DNA of 52,727 nt from a virus (taxonomy: Duplodnaviria; Caudoviricetes): IMG/VR virus record IMGVR_UViG_3300032050_000188, positions 1 through 52,727 of that record; one strand, given 5' to 3'. The translations under genes were made by a program, and so were the position numbers. This document shows positions 1 through 9,361 of this stretch, in pieces. The stretch's first letter is position 1. Each line of letters opens with the position of its first letter. The notes below the pieces were generated by a model. That model had not been told where the DNA came from. It made no database searches and saw only the letters and a program-made list of their open reading frames with translations.

Positions 1-10
1 AGGAGCTGAA

Positions 11-1558
11 TTGACCGTTGCAGACACGTTCGATGACCTGACAGACGACGATATCGATCTGTTGGTTGCCAACATCGAGCAGTTTGACTCTTCGGAGCAG
101 GAGGAGATCCTGCAGATTGCAGAAGCCCTGTCAGGCAGGCGTCAGGCCCAGCGTTGTCGGGACGATCTGATCGAGTTCTGCAAGCACATACAGCCGGATT
201 ACAAGGTAGGTAAGCATCACCGGATCTTGGCTGACATGCTGATGGCGATTGCCGAAGGTAAGAAGGATCGGGTGTGCGTGAACATCCCGCCCCGGCATGG
301 CAAAAGCCAGCTTGTGTCGATTTATTTCCCGGCGTGGTTCATCGGCAAGTACCCTACCAAGAAGGTGCTGATGGTCTCGCACACGTCAGATCTTGCCGTG
401 GACTTCGGGCGTAAGGTGCGTAACATCATCGACACCGATGCTTACAAGCAGGTGTTTCCTACGGTGTTCCTGGCCCAGGACAGCAAGTCTGCGGGTCGGT
501 GGAATACAAATGTAGGGGGCGAATACTACGCCTGCGGCGTAGGTTCCGCGCTGGCTGGGCGCGGTGCGGATTTGCTTCTGGTGGACGACCCACATAACGA
601 GCAGGACATCATCAACGGCAACTTTGAGGTGTTCGACAAGGCGTATGAGTGGTTTACATACGGTGCCCGTACGCGTCTCATGCCGGGTGGACGTGTTGCC
701 ATCATCCAGACCCGCTGGCATTTGAGTGACCTGACGGGTCGGGTGACCAAGGATATGGGGCAGAACCCCGACGCAGATCAGTATGAGGTAGTGGAGTTCC
801 CCGCGTTGTTTGAACGCAATGGTGGTTCGCAGAGTGCGTTGTGGCCGGAGTTCTATGACGTCTCTGCCCTGCTACGGACCAAGGCGTCCATGCCGTTGTT
901 CCAGTGGAATGCTCAGTACCAGCAGAACCCCACCGCCGAAGAAGCGTCGGTCATCAAGCGGGAGTGGTGGAACACTTGGGAAGGGGAGGACCCGCCCAGG
1001 TGCGAGTACGTCATCATGTCCTTGGACGCGGCAGCGGAATCCCACAACCGTGCTGACTTCACGGCGCTTACTACCTGGGGTGTGTGGTTCAACGATGAGG
1101 AAGATTGCCACAACATCATCCTGCTCAACAGTATCAAGAAGCGCTTGGAGTTCCCAGAATTGAAGGCGCTGGCGCTGGAAGAGTACAAACAGTGGGAGCC
1201 GGATTCGTTCATCGTTGAAAAAAAGTCCAGCGGTACGGCGTTGTATCAGGAGATGCGGCGCATGGGGTTGCCCGTGCAGGAATACACCCCACACAGGGGT
1301 TCCGGGGATAAACTTGCCCGACTCAACTCCGTAGCCGATATCGTCAAGTCCAAGCTGTGCTGGGTGCCACAAACCCGATGGGCTGAAGAGGTTGTGGAGG
1401 AGATTGCCGGGTTCCCGTTCATGTCGAACGACGACTTGGTGGACTCCACGGTGATGGCGCTGATGCGGTTTCGCCAAGGTGGGTTTGTACGCTTGCCTAC
1501 GGACGAGCGGGAAGAACAACGGTACTTCAAGAGCAGCCGGCGTACTGCTTACTACTAA
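11..1558 (+). CDS. terL: Terminase large subunit
   Basis: Walker A PPRHGKS, Walker B LLVDDPH, C-terminal nuclease with SLDAA and NDDLVDS acidic motifs; SD AGGAG at 1-5 before a TTG start. Confidence 0.95.
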   Translation: MTVADTFDDLTDDDIDLLVANIEQFDSSEQEEILQIAEALSGRRQAQRCRDDLIEFCKHIQPDYKVGKHHRILADMLMAIAEGKKDRVCVNIPPRHGKSQLVSIYFPAWFIGKYPTKKVLMVSHTSDLAVDFGRKVRNIIDTDAYKQVFPTVFLAQDSKSAGRWNTNVGGEYYACGVGSALAGRGADLLLVDDPHNEQDIINGNFEVFDKAYEWFTYGARTRLMPGGRVAIIQTRWHLSDLTGRVTKDMGQNPDADQYEVVEFPALFERNGGSQSALWPEFYDVSALLRTKASMPLFQWNAQYQQNPTAEEASVIKREWWNTWEGEDPPRCEYVIMSLDAAAESHNRADFTALTTWGVWFNDEEDCHNIILLNSIKKRLEFPELKALALEEYKQWEPDSFIVEKKSSGTALYQEMRRMGLPVQEYTPHRGSGDKLARLNSVADIVKSKLCWVPQTRWAEEVVEEIAGFPFMSNDDLVDSTVMALMRFRQGGFVRLPTDEREEQRYFKSSRRTAYY

Positions 1559-1567
1559 GGACAGATC

Positions 1568-4045
1568 ATGGCTACAAACATCGACAGCGCACTCTCCCCG
1601 ATGGACCCTATGCTCATGACGGACGAGCCCGCCATCGAGATTGAAATCGAGGACCCTGAAGCCGTAAACATCGGAATTGGTGGGGTCGAAATCGAATTAA
1701 CGCCGGAAACCCCCACGGCAGAAGATTTTGACGCAAACCTCGCGGAGTTCATGGACGAGGGGGAGATGCAGTCCCTAGCGTCTGAGATCATTGCTTTGGT
1801 GGACGCGGACATCAACTCGCGCAAGGACTGGGCTGAAGCCTACGTCAAGGGGTTGGAAGTCCTGGGGATGAAGTATGAGGAGCGCACGGAGCCGTGGAAC
1901 GGTGCTTGTGGTGCGTATTCCCCGCTGCTGACAGAAGCTGCAGTGAGATTCCAGTCAGAGTTGATCACGGAGACATTCCCGGCTCAAGGACCGGTTAAGA
2001 CGCAGATCATCGGGGAGGAGACCCAGGAGAAGAAGGAAGCCGCGATACGCGTGCAGGACGACATGAACTTCCGTCTCACAGAAGAGATGGTGGAGTACCG
2101 GTCGGAGCACGAGCGGATGCTGTTCAACCTGGGCCTGTCGGGGTCCGCGTTCAAGAAGATCTACTTCGACCCCAGCCTTGAGCGTCCTGCTGCTCCGTTC
2201 ATTCCCGCAGAGGACATGGTCATCCCGTACGGGGCGTCGAATATCTACAGCGCCGAGCGTGTAACCCACGTGATGCGTAAGACCGAGAACGAGATCAAGA
2301 AGCTGCAGGTAGAAGGGTTCTACCGTGAGGTAGAGCTTGGGGAGCCCGTGCGGATCTTCACGGACGTGGAGAAGAAGAAAGCCGAGGAGCAGGGGTACTC
2401 ACTCACTGACGACGACCGGTATCAGATCCTTGAGGTGCATATTGACTGGAATATGCCTGGGGATGAGGACGAAGACGGTATCGCGCTCCCTTACGTTGTC
2501 ACCATCGACCGGGGCACATCCACGGTTCTGGCTATTCGACGTAACTGGGACGAGTCGGATTCCCGCAGGCTCAAGCGCCAGCACTTTTCTCAGTACACGT
2601 ACGTGCCTGGGTTCGGCCCATACGGCATTGGCTTGATCAACCTCGTGGGCGGGTACGCCCGTGCGGGTACGTCGATTCTGCGCCAATTGGTCGATGCTGG
2701 CACCCTGAGCAACCTGCCCGGTGGCTTGAAGAGCCGTGGGTTGCGTATCAAGGGCGACGACACGCCGATTGCTCCGGGCGAGTTCAGGGATGTGGACATC
2801 CCCAGCGGGACGGTCAAAGACAACATCATGGCCCTGCCGTACAAGGAGCCGAGTCAGGTTCTGGCGGTGTTGCTGCAGCAGCTTACCGATGACGGGCGGC
2901 GTCTGGCGGCTATTGCTGACCTGAAGATCAGTGACATGTCTGCCCAGGCCCCAGTGGGTACGACGCTGGCTATCCTTGAGCGTCAACTCAAGATCATGGG
3001 CGCTGTGCAGGCCCGGGTGCATGACAGCCTGAAGATGGAGTTCAAGCTCCTGAAGAAGGTTATCCGTGATTTCCTGCCACCGGACTATTCCTACACCCCA
3101 GAAGGCGGTGATCGGTCGGTCAAGCAGTCTGACTACGACCAAGTGGAGATCATCCCGGTCAGCGACCCTAACGCGGCCACTATGGCGCAGCGGATCATGC
3201 AGTACCAAGCTGCACTGCAACTCGCACAAGGGGCTCCGCAGATCTACGACATGCCGCAGTTGCACCGGCAGATGCTTGAGGTTTTGGGGATCAAGAACGC
3301 GGCCAAGTTGGTGCCTATCGAGGACGATCAGACGCCGAAAGACCCTATTTCCGAGAACATGGCGTTCTTGACGGGCAAGCCGACCAAGGCGTTTATCTAC
3401 CAAGACCACGAAGCCCACATTGCGACACACATGGCCCTGATGAAGGACCCCATGATCATGCAGATGCTTGGGCAGAGTCCGATGGCGCAACAGATGATGG
3501 GAGCGATCATGGCCCACATTTCGCAGCACTTGGCGTTCAGCTACAGGGCCCAGGTGGAAGAGCAGTTGGGCGTGCCGTTGACCGCGCCTGATGCTGACTT
3601 GGATGAGAACACGGAAGTCCAGTTGAGTCGTCTCGTGGCGCAAGCCTCGCAACAGTTGCTGCAAAACAACATGCAGAAGGCCCAGGCACAGCAAGCGCAG
3701 CAGATGGCCCAGAACCCTGAAGTACAGATGAAGCAGGCCGAGCTGCAGTTGAAGGCCGAGGAGTTGCGGCGCAAGGAGGCTGACAGCCAGCGGGATTTCC
3801 AGATCGCTCAAGGCAAGCTGCAGATTGAACAAGCCCGGTTGGCGCTTGATGCCCAGAGAAAGCAGGGTGAGGACCCCCGCCTGAAGGCGGCTATGGCGCA
3901 GCAGGACATGCAACACAAGGAGCAGCTTCACCAGCAGAAGGTCAGGCAACAGACCCAAACAAGCCAGATGCGCATGCAACAGCAAGCGCAGCAGGCCGCA
4001 CAACGCGCTGCACAGCCCAAGCCCAAACCCCAACCCAAACAGTAA
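1568..4045 (+). CDS. Portal protein (podovirus type) with Gln-rich C-terminal coiled coil
   Basis: 825 aa directly after TerL; typical segments EERTEPW.GACG, GSAFKKIY, GTLSNLPGGLK, APVGTTLA. Confidence 0.88.
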   Translation: MATNIDSALSPMDPMLMTDEPAIEIEIEDPEAVNIGIGGVEIELTPETPTAEDFDANLAEFMDEGEMQSLASEIIALVDADINSRKDWAEAYVKGLEVLGMKYEERTEPWNGACGAYSPLLTEAAVRFQSELITETFPAQGPVKTQIIGEETQEKKEAAIRVQDDMNFRLTEEMVEYRSEHERMLFNLGLSGSAFKKIYFDPSLERPAAPFIPAEDMVIPYGASNIYSAERVTHVMRKTENEIKKLQVEGFYREVELGEPVRIFTDVEKKKAEEQGYSLTDDDRYQILEVHIDWNMPGDEDEDGIALPYVVTIDRGTSTVLAIRRNWDESDSRRLKRQHFSQYTYVPGFGPYGIGLINLVGGYARAGTSILRQLVDAGTLSNLPGGLKSRGLRIKGDDTPIAPGEFRDVDIPSGTVKDNIMALPYKEPSQVLAVLLQQLTDDGRRLAAIADLKISDMSAQAPVGTTLAILERQLKIMGAVQARVHDSLKMEFKLLKKVIRDFLPPDYSYTPEGGDRSVKQSDYDQVEIIPVSDPNAATMAQRIMQYQAALQLAQGAPQIYDMPQLHRQMLEVLGIKNAAKLVPIEDDQTPKDPISENMAFLTGKPTKAFIYQDHEAHIATHMALMKDPMIMQMLGQSPMAQQMMGAIMAHISQHLAFSYRAQVEEQLGVPLTAPDADLDENTEVQLSRLVAQASQQLLQNNMQKAQAQQAQQMAQNPEVQMKQAELQLKAEELRRKEADSQRDFQIAQGKLQIEQARLALDAQRKQGEDPRLKAAMAQQDMQHKEQLHQQKVRQQTQTSQMRMQQQAQQAAQRAAQPKPKPQPKQ

Positions 4046-4054
4046 GGACGAGTC

Positions 4055-4252
4055 ATGGCTACCACTGCGTTTTCCGTGGTATTGAAAGAAATCGAAGAGC
4101 GGCGCGATGCACTCGCGCAGGTTCTCATCTCGGGTGCTTCAAAAGATTTCCCCGAGTACAAGTCGATGTGTGGAGAAATCCGGGGTCTTTCTCTAGCGCA
4201 TTCCTTTATCACCGACCTCGTGCGAACTATGGAGCAAAATGACGATGAGTGA
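4055..4252 (+). CDS. Small conserved phage protein
   Basis: 65 aa, SD AAGGA, motif EYKSMCGEIRGL; lies between portal and GroES. Confidence 0.75.
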   Translation: MATTAFSVVLKEIEERRDALAQVLISGASKDFPEYKSMCGEIRGLSLAHSFITDLVRTMEQNDDE

Positions 4253-4643
4253 ACTACTCCTGAGCGACGGCCAAAACACGACCGTGTTGCCGCAGACCGA
4301 CGAAGAAAAGGCCCGACAAGTGCCTGATCCGGTGACTTACCACCTGCTGTGCGTACTCCCCAAGGCAGAAGAAGAGTATGAGAGCGGACTTGCCAAGGCG
4401 GGTCAGACCATGCACTTTGAAGAGGTAATGAGCCCGGTGCTGTTCGTGGCAAAGATGGGGCCAGACTGCTACAAAGATCCGCTGCGCTTTCCCAGTGGGC
4501 CTTCATGCAAAGTTGGTGACTTCGTGCTTGTCCGGCCTAACACGGGTACGCGGCTGAAGATCCACGGCCAAGAGTTCCGCTTGATCAACGACGATAGCGT
4601 CGAGGCGGTTGTGCAAGATCCCCGTGGCATCAAGCGCGGTTAA
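4239..4643 (+). CDS. groES: GroES-like co-chaperonin
   Basis: Cpn10-like pattern: P..YHLL, V.KMGPDCY, CKVGDFVL, G..FRLINDDSVEAVV. Confidence 0.8.
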   Translation: MTMSELLLSDGQNTTVLPQTDEEKARQVPDPVTYHLLCVLPKAEEEYESGLAKAGQTMHFEEVMSPVLFVAKMGPDCYKDPLRFPSGPSCKVGDFVLVRPNTGTRLKIHGQEFRLINDDSVEAVVQDPRGIKRG

Positions 4644-4653
4644 GGAGTAACTC

Positions 4654-5544
4654 ATGCAAAACCACCAGCACGAAGAAACTTTTCGGTTCCCCGACGAAAA
4701 GCCGGAAGAGATTCAGGTTGAAGTTGAAGGCGAAACCGAGATTGAGGTTGTAGACGATACCCCCGAGGTAGACCGGGGCCGTACTCCGATGAAGGACCCC
4801 CCTGCGGAGGTCACGGATGAGGAGTTGTCGCAATACAGTGACAGCGTCAAGAAGCGCATCCAGCACTTCTCCAAGGGATACCACGATGAGCGCCGAGCCA
4901 AGGAAACCGCGTTGCGCGAACGCGAAGAAGCGCTACGTGCAGCGGTAGTATTGGCCGAGGAGAATAAGCGACTCAAGGCTACGGAGCGCAAGAAAATTGT
5001 CGATGCTGAGTTGGCAGACGCCAAACGCAAGCTCCAACAAGCGTATGAGACGGGGGATTCTGGACTTCTGATTGCAGCGCAGGATGCACTTGCCGCAGCA
5101 AAAATTGAAGAAGACAAACTGAAAAGCGGGGAAGGTTCTTTACAGCGCGAAGAAAGTGCGGTACAAACCCCTCCGGCAACTCAGTCGCCGCCCCAAGTTG
5201 ATCAAAAAGCCCGTGCGTGGCAGCAAGCCAATCCGTGGTTTGGAGAGAACGAGGAAATGACGGCGGTTGCGTTGGCAGTACACAAGCAACTTGTGAGTTC
5301 GGGGGTAGACACGAACAGTGATGGGTATTACGACGCGATCAACACCCGCATTCGTAATCGTTTTCCAGAAGCGTTTTCCTCTGGAAAGACCCGGAAGTCT
5401 GTCGTATCCCCAGCCACGCGTAGCACAGCGCCCAAAAAGATCGTGCTGACGCAATCACAAGTGAGTATCGCCAAGCGGCTCGGACTGACCAATGAACAGT
5501 ACGCCCGTGCGGTTGCGGAAGAAATGAGGAAACAAAATGGCTGA
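4654..5544 (+). CDS. Putative capsid scaffolding protein
   Basis: Acidic N-terminus, long coiled coil, W...NPWFG motif, C-terminal LTQSQVSIAKRLGLT.EQYA; upstream of capsid genes. Confidence 0.65.
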   Translation: MQNHQHEETFRFPDEKPEEIQVEVEGETEIEVVDDTPEVDRGRTPMKDPPAEVTDEELSQYSDSVKKRIQHFSKGYHDERRAKETALREREEALRAAVVLAEENKRLKATERKKIVDAELADAKRKLQQAYETGDSGLLIAAQDALAAAKIEEDKLKSGEGSLQREESAVQTPPATQSPPQVDQKARAWQQANPWFGENEEMTAVALAVHKQLVSSGVDTNSDGYYDAINTRIRNRFPEAFSSGKTRKSVVSPATRSTAPKKIVLTQSQVSIAKRLGLTNEQYARAVAEEMRKQNG

Positions 5545-5986
5545 GAATAGAATTTCACGTGAATTGGACACCCGCGCAAAGGCTGAACGGCCTAAGCAGT
5601 GGATGCCTCCCCAACTCCTGCCCGATCCGAACCCGGAAGAAGGGTATGCTTTCCGTTGGATTCGCATCAGCACCCTCGGGAACAACGACCCGATGAACGT
5701 CTCCTCAAAACTCCGCGAGGGCTGGGAGCCCGTAAAAGCAAGCGAACATCCTGAGATTCAACTGGGTGGAGGCGGTTCAGGTCGCTTCCCCGACAGTATT
5801 GAAGTCGGTGGTCTGCTGCTTTGCAAAACCCCAAAGGAGTTCACTGAACAGCGTAATGCCTACTACCAGCGTCAAGCTGAAGGGCAGATGCAGTCGGTGG
5901 ACAACAACTTCATGCGCGAGAGTGATGCTCGTATGCCGCTGTTCAAGGAACGGCGCAGCGAAGTATCGTTCGGACGCGGTTCTTAA
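5537..5986 (+). CDS. Conserved head-module protein of unknown function
   Basis: 149 aa, FRWIR / KLREGWEPV / VGGLLLCK motifs; overlaps the upstream stop; SD GAGG. Confidence 0.7.
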   Translation: MAENRISRELDTRAKAERPKQWMPPQLLPDPNPEEGYAFRWIRISTLGNNDPMNVSSKLREGWEPVKASEHPEIQLGGGGSGRFPDSIEVGGLLLCKTPKEFTEQRNAYYQRQAEGQMQSVDNNFMRESDARMPLFKERRSEVSFGRGS

Positions 5987-6002
5987 TTCAAGGAGTCTCT
6001 AA

Positions 6003-6833
6003 ATGGGATACCCCACGCTAGACGGACCATACGGCTACAAGCCGGTCAATTTGATTGGCGGTCAGGTATTTGCGGGTTCTACTCGTGAGTACGCAGTCGC
6101 CTACAACTACGGCACTTCGATCTTCTTTGGTGATCCGGTCGTCATCACGAACGGTTTCGTCAACATCGCAACGCTGCCGATCAACACCACCAACACCACG
6201 GTCGGTGTCTTCATGGGCTGCTCGTACACCGATCCGGTGACCAAGCAGAAGCGCTTCAGCCAGTACTACCCTGCCAACACCCTGGCTGGTGACATCAAGG
6301 CAATCATCTGTGACGATCCTGATGCGGTCTTCCGTATTGCGGTTGTGACGGCTGCTGGTGTGACCACCATCGGTTCGGCGTCTCAGTTGACGGTTGGCGT
6401 GAACTTGGCTGGCTCCTCCACCACGGGCAATGCAGCGACTGGCAACAGCACGCTGGGTGTCGTGGGCGCTGCTGCCACCACCGCCAACGCGGGCTTCCGT
6501 GTCCTGAGTCTGGTTCCTGATACCCAAGTTGCTACCCAAGCGACTTATGTGTCCGGTTCTGGCTCGACTTCGGTTGTGGTGTCTGGCCTGACGGTTGGTC
6601 AAGTCCTGCCGATTGGCACGGACATCTACCAGTTGGTTGCCGCGACGGGTCAGCTCCAGTTCACTGGCGCTTCTCTGACCGCTGCGACCACGGTGACGAC
6701 CACGGGCAGCACGACTTTGACGGTGACCAACTCGCCTGCCAACTCTGTGACTGGGCCTACCCTGGCTCTGATCCAGACTCCGGAAGTGCTGGCGAAGATC
6801 AACTTCAACGTCCATCGCTACAACATCGCCTAA
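6003..6833 (+). CDS. Putative capsid decoration / minor capsid protein
   Basis: Thr/Gly/Val-rich, GVFMGCSYTDP motif, directly upstream of the MCP, strong SD AAGGAG. Confidence 0.6.
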   Translation: MGYPTLDGPYGYKPVNLIGGQVFAGSTREYAVAYNYGTSIFFGDPVVITNGFVNIATLPINTTNTTVGVFMGCSYTDPVTKQKRFSQYYPANTLAGDIKAIICDDPDAVFRIAVVTAAGVTTIGSASQLTVGVNLAGSSTTGNAATGNSTLGVVGAAATTANAGFRVLSLVPDTQVATQATYVSGSGSTSVVVSGLTVGQVLPIGTDIYQLVAATGQLQFTGASLTAATTVTTTGSTTLTVTNSPANSVTGPTLALIQTPEVLAKINFNVHRYNIA

Positions 6834-6845
6834 GGAGCATTCATC

Positions 6846-7754
6846 ATGGCAATTTCACGTGCCCAACTACTCAAGGAATTGCTCCCTGGTCTGAACGCTC
6901 TGTTCGGCATGGAGTACAAGCGCTACGGCGAAGAGCACAAGGAGATCTACGAGACCGAGTCCTCAGAGCGCTCGTTCGAAGAGGAAACCAAGCTCGCCGG
7001 TTTTTCCGCAGCCCCGGTGAAGAACGAAGGTTCGGCCATCCAGTACGACAACGCACAGGAAGCCTGGACCGCTCGTTACAACCACGAGACCATCGCTATG
7101 GGCTTCTCCATCACCGAAGAGGCGATGGAAGACAACCTGTACGACAGCCTGTCCGCTCGGTACACCAAGTCACTGGCTCGCGCCATGTCTTACACCAAGC
7201 AGGTCAAGGCTGCAGCAGTCCTGAACAACGGTTTCAACGCCTCCGTGGTCTACGGTGACGGTCAAGCCCTGTTCTCGACGGCTCACCCGATTGTCTCTGG
7301 TGGCACCAACAGCAACCGTCCCGCGACGGCTGCAGACCTGAACGAAACGTCTCTTGAAGCGGCTGTGATCCAGATCGCTGCTTGGACGGACGAAAAGGGC
7401 CTGCTGATTGCTGCCAAGCCCCGCAAGCTGATCGTTCCGCCTGCTCTGCAGTTCGTTGCTACCCGTCTGTTGGAAACCAGCCTGCGCGTTGGCACCACCG
7501 ACAACGACATCAACGCCCTGAAGAACAACGGCTCGATCCCGGAAGGCTACACCATCAACCACTTCTTGACCGACACCAATGCTTGGTTCTTGAAGACTGA
7601 TGTGCCCAACGGTCTGAAGCACTTTGTTCGCGTGCCTCTGGGTACGTCAATGGACCAAGATTTCGACACCGGGAACAACCGCTACAAGGCGCGAGAGCGC
7701 TACAGCTTTGGTGTGAGCGACAGTTTGGGTGTGTACGGTTCGCCGGGCGCATAA
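6846..7754 (+). CDS. Major capsid protein (Mu gpT-like, HK97 fold)
   Basis: MAISRAQLLKELLPGLNALFG start, DGQALFSTAHP, PRKLIVPP, DFDTGN.RYKARERYSFG; highly biased codons; followed by a terminator. Confidence 0.9.
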   Translation: MAISRAQLLKELLPGLNALFGMEYKRYGEEHKEIYETESSERSFEEETKLAGFSAAPVKNEGSAIQYDNAQEAWTARYNHETIAMGFSITEEAMEDNLYDSLSARYTKSLARAMSYTKQVKAAAVLNNGFNASVVYGDGQALFSTAHPIVSGGTNSNRPATAADLNETSLEAAVIQIAAWTDEKGLLIAAKPRKLIVPPALQFVATRLLETSLRVGTTDNDINALKNNGSIPEGYTINHFLTDTNAWFLKTDVPNGLKHFVRVPLGTSMDQDFDTGNNRYKARERYSFGVSDSLGVYGSPGA

Positions 7755-7762
7755 CCCAACAA

Positions 7763-7775
7763 AATCAAGCACTTA
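7763..7775. promoter_or_regulatory. IHF consensus site
   Basis: AATCAAGCACTTA matches WATCAANNNNTTR. Confidence 0.4.
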
Positions 7776-7785
7776 GCGCGATTGA

Positions 7786-7813
7786 GAGGCCCCTTCGGGG
7801 GCCTTTTCTTTTT
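7786..7813 (+). terminator. Rho-independent terminator after the MCP
   Basis: AGGCCCC-TTCG-GGGGCCT followed by a T tract. Confidence 0.85.
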
Positions 7814-7817
7814 CCTA

Positions 7818-7847
7818 TTGACACACGGCGTGTGTTGGGTGTAGCAT
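7818..7847 (+). promoter_or_regulatory. sigma70-like promoter for the GIY-YIG gene
   Basis: TTGACA-18 nt-TAGCAT; inverted repeat ACACAC-GGC-GTGTGT overlaps the -35 box and spacer. Confidence 0.55.
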
Positions 7848-7878
7848 TATGGCTCTCGAAACCTGTAACGGAGCACCC

Positions 7879-8715
7879 ATGAAAGAGCCAGTTATTTACA
7901 AAATTCGCAACGTGGTCAACGGTAAGTTTTATGTTGGAAGCACTACAAGCACCCGAGAACGCTTTCGTAACCACAGAAAAATGTTGCGCGGCAACCGTCA
8001 TCATTGTTTGCACCTTCAGGCCTCATGGAACAAATACGGAGAGGACTGCTTTAAGTTTGAGGTTGTTGAAACAGCAGTGTCTGAAGAAATGCTTTGGCAA
8101 GTTGAAGATCGGTGGCTGGATGAAAATTTCGGCAAGCCGCACTGTTACAACTCAGGGAGATCTGCTGCTGCGCCAATGAGAGGCCGCACAGGAGAACTTA
8201 GCCCCAATTACGGGCGTGTTTGGGGGCAGGAGTTCAAAGACAGAGTTTCTGATGGCGTCAAAGCTCTTTATGCCGCAGACCCGTCCAGTCACCCAAGACT
8301 TGGTAAACAGCACACAGAGGAAACAAAAGCAAAGATTAGTGCCAAGGTTCAACAGGCTGTAGCAGAAGGGCGTGGCGGAGCGTTTATACCCTCCGACGAG
8401 ACTCGTCAGAAGATGTCAGACGCGCTTAAGGGTAACCAAAACGCCCTTGGCTACAAGCGAACTGACGCTGAACGCGAGGCTATCCGTCAACGGACGCTGG
8501 GCAACAAGAACTTCCTTGGCAAAACCCACACTGAGGCGTCCAAGGAAAAGATGCGCAAGAAGGTGCTGGAGCAGACCTCAGGACAGTTGTTTGACAGCCT
8601 GACCGCTGTGCTGACGCACTACCAAATGACCATGCCCACGTTGCGCCGTGCTTTGGTCTCCGGCAAACCAATTGGCAAGGGCAAGTTTACGGGGCTTGTG
8701 TTTGTTTACGCTTGA
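7879..8715 (+). CDS. GIY-YIG homing endonuclease with NUMOD3 repeats
   Basis: VIYKIRN...FYVGST...RFRNH; NUMOD3-type HTEETKAKIS, SDETRQKMS, HTEASKEKM; start set at ATG 7879 (SD GGAG), while the ORF track starts at 7849. Confidence 0.88.
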   Translation: MKEPVIYKIRNVVNGKFYVGSTTSTRERFRNHRKMLRGNRHHCLHLQASWNKYGEDCFKFEVVETAVSEEMLWQVEDRWLDENFGKPHCYNSGRSAAAPMRGRTGELSPNYGRVWGQEFKDRVSDGVKALYAADPSSHPRLGKQHTEETKAKISAKVQQAVAEGRGGAFIPSDETRQKMSDALKGNQNALGYKRTDAEREAIRQRTLGNKNFLGKTHTEASKEKMRKKVLEQTSGQLFDSLTAVLTHYQMTMPTLRRALVSGKPIGKGKFTGLVFVYA

Positions 8716-8740
8716 CTCCCCCACCCCGCTATGCTACCCT
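8712..8740 (+). promoter_or_regulatory. sigma70-like promoter with extended -10
   Basis: TTGACT-17 nt-TACCCT with TG at the extended -10 position; start site would fall just before the structured RNA. Confidence 0.6.
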
Positions 8741-8748
8741 GCTACAAA

Positions 8749-8807
8749 CCTAGACCTTCACGCTTGCCGACCGACTAGGCGGACTTCTCCTCAGAGACGG
8801 CAAGAGC
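8749..8807 (+). ncRNA. Pseudoknotted RNA element, probably the Mu-gpT-DE motif
   Basis: CCTAG 8749-53 pairs with CTAGG 8775-79, crossing CTTGCCG 8763-69 with CGGCAAG 8798-8804; small TCTC/GAGA hairpin; downstream of a gpT-like MCP. Confidence 0.55.
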
Positions 8808-8823
8808 AGATTGAGGACAAATC

Positions 8824-9318
8824 ATGGGATTTTCTACGCTCTCTGGCCCGGTTCGCATGGGCACCCAACGCTACGGCGCTGGCACGAACACCGGCCTGCC
8901 GGTTCTGACCCAATCCACCAACGTGCCGTTCTCTGCGATGGCTACATCGCCCACGGCGCAGAACCTGTTCACGCTCCCGGCAGGTGCCAAGATCCTGCGC
9001 TTCACGGTTGAGAAGACCACTGCCATCTCTGGCGGCTCGGTCACTGCGGTGAATACGACCTTTGGCAAGGTTGGCACTGCCAATGCGTTCCAGACCACGA
9101 TTGACATCGGTCTGACCACGGCTCAAACCGCTCGGGCGACTCTGGACGCTGCGCTGGTTTCTTCGGCCACCGACAACATTGGTACGGCGGATGTGGTGGT
9201 GACGGGTACGTTCACTGCGGCGGGGGGTAACCCCACGGCGGGTGCGACTGTGGTGACGGTGGAATATATCCAGCGTGCAGACAACGGCGCTCAGGCACCG
9301 ACCACGTTCCAGAACTGA
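8824..9318 (+). CDS. Putative virion structural protein
   Basis: 164 aa, MGFSTLSGPVR start, beta-rich, LPAGAKI motif, SD GAGGA. Confidence 0.6.
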   Translation: MGFSTLSGPVRMGTQRYGAGTNTGLPVLTQSTNVPFSAMATSPTAQNLFTLPAGAKILRFTVEKTTAISGGSVTAVNTTFGKVGTANAFQTTIDIGLTTAQTARATLDAALVSSATDNIGTADVVVTGTFTAAGGNPTAGATVVTVEYIQRADNGAQAPTTFQN

Positions 9319-9327
9319 TGAACCCAG

Positions 9328-9352
9328 CCCCGCTTCGGCGGGGTAGTCTTTT
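9328..9352 (+). terminator. UUCG hairpin, possible weak terminator
   Basis: CCCCGC-TTCG-GCGGGG then TAGTCTTTT. Confidence 0.5.
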
Positions 9353-9361
9353 GGGGGCCGC

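Noticed and set aside
1465-1490. FRQGGFV at the TerL C-terminus as another GG tag
   Set aside because: It directly follows the nuclease helix and may simply be part of the terminase fold; not counted
2399-4033. 544-aa minus-strand ORF and similar long antisense ORFs (e.g. 6018-6815, 29285-30391, 40449-41198)
   Set aside because: Shadows of GC-biased or repetitive genes; no SD and no protein-like motifs
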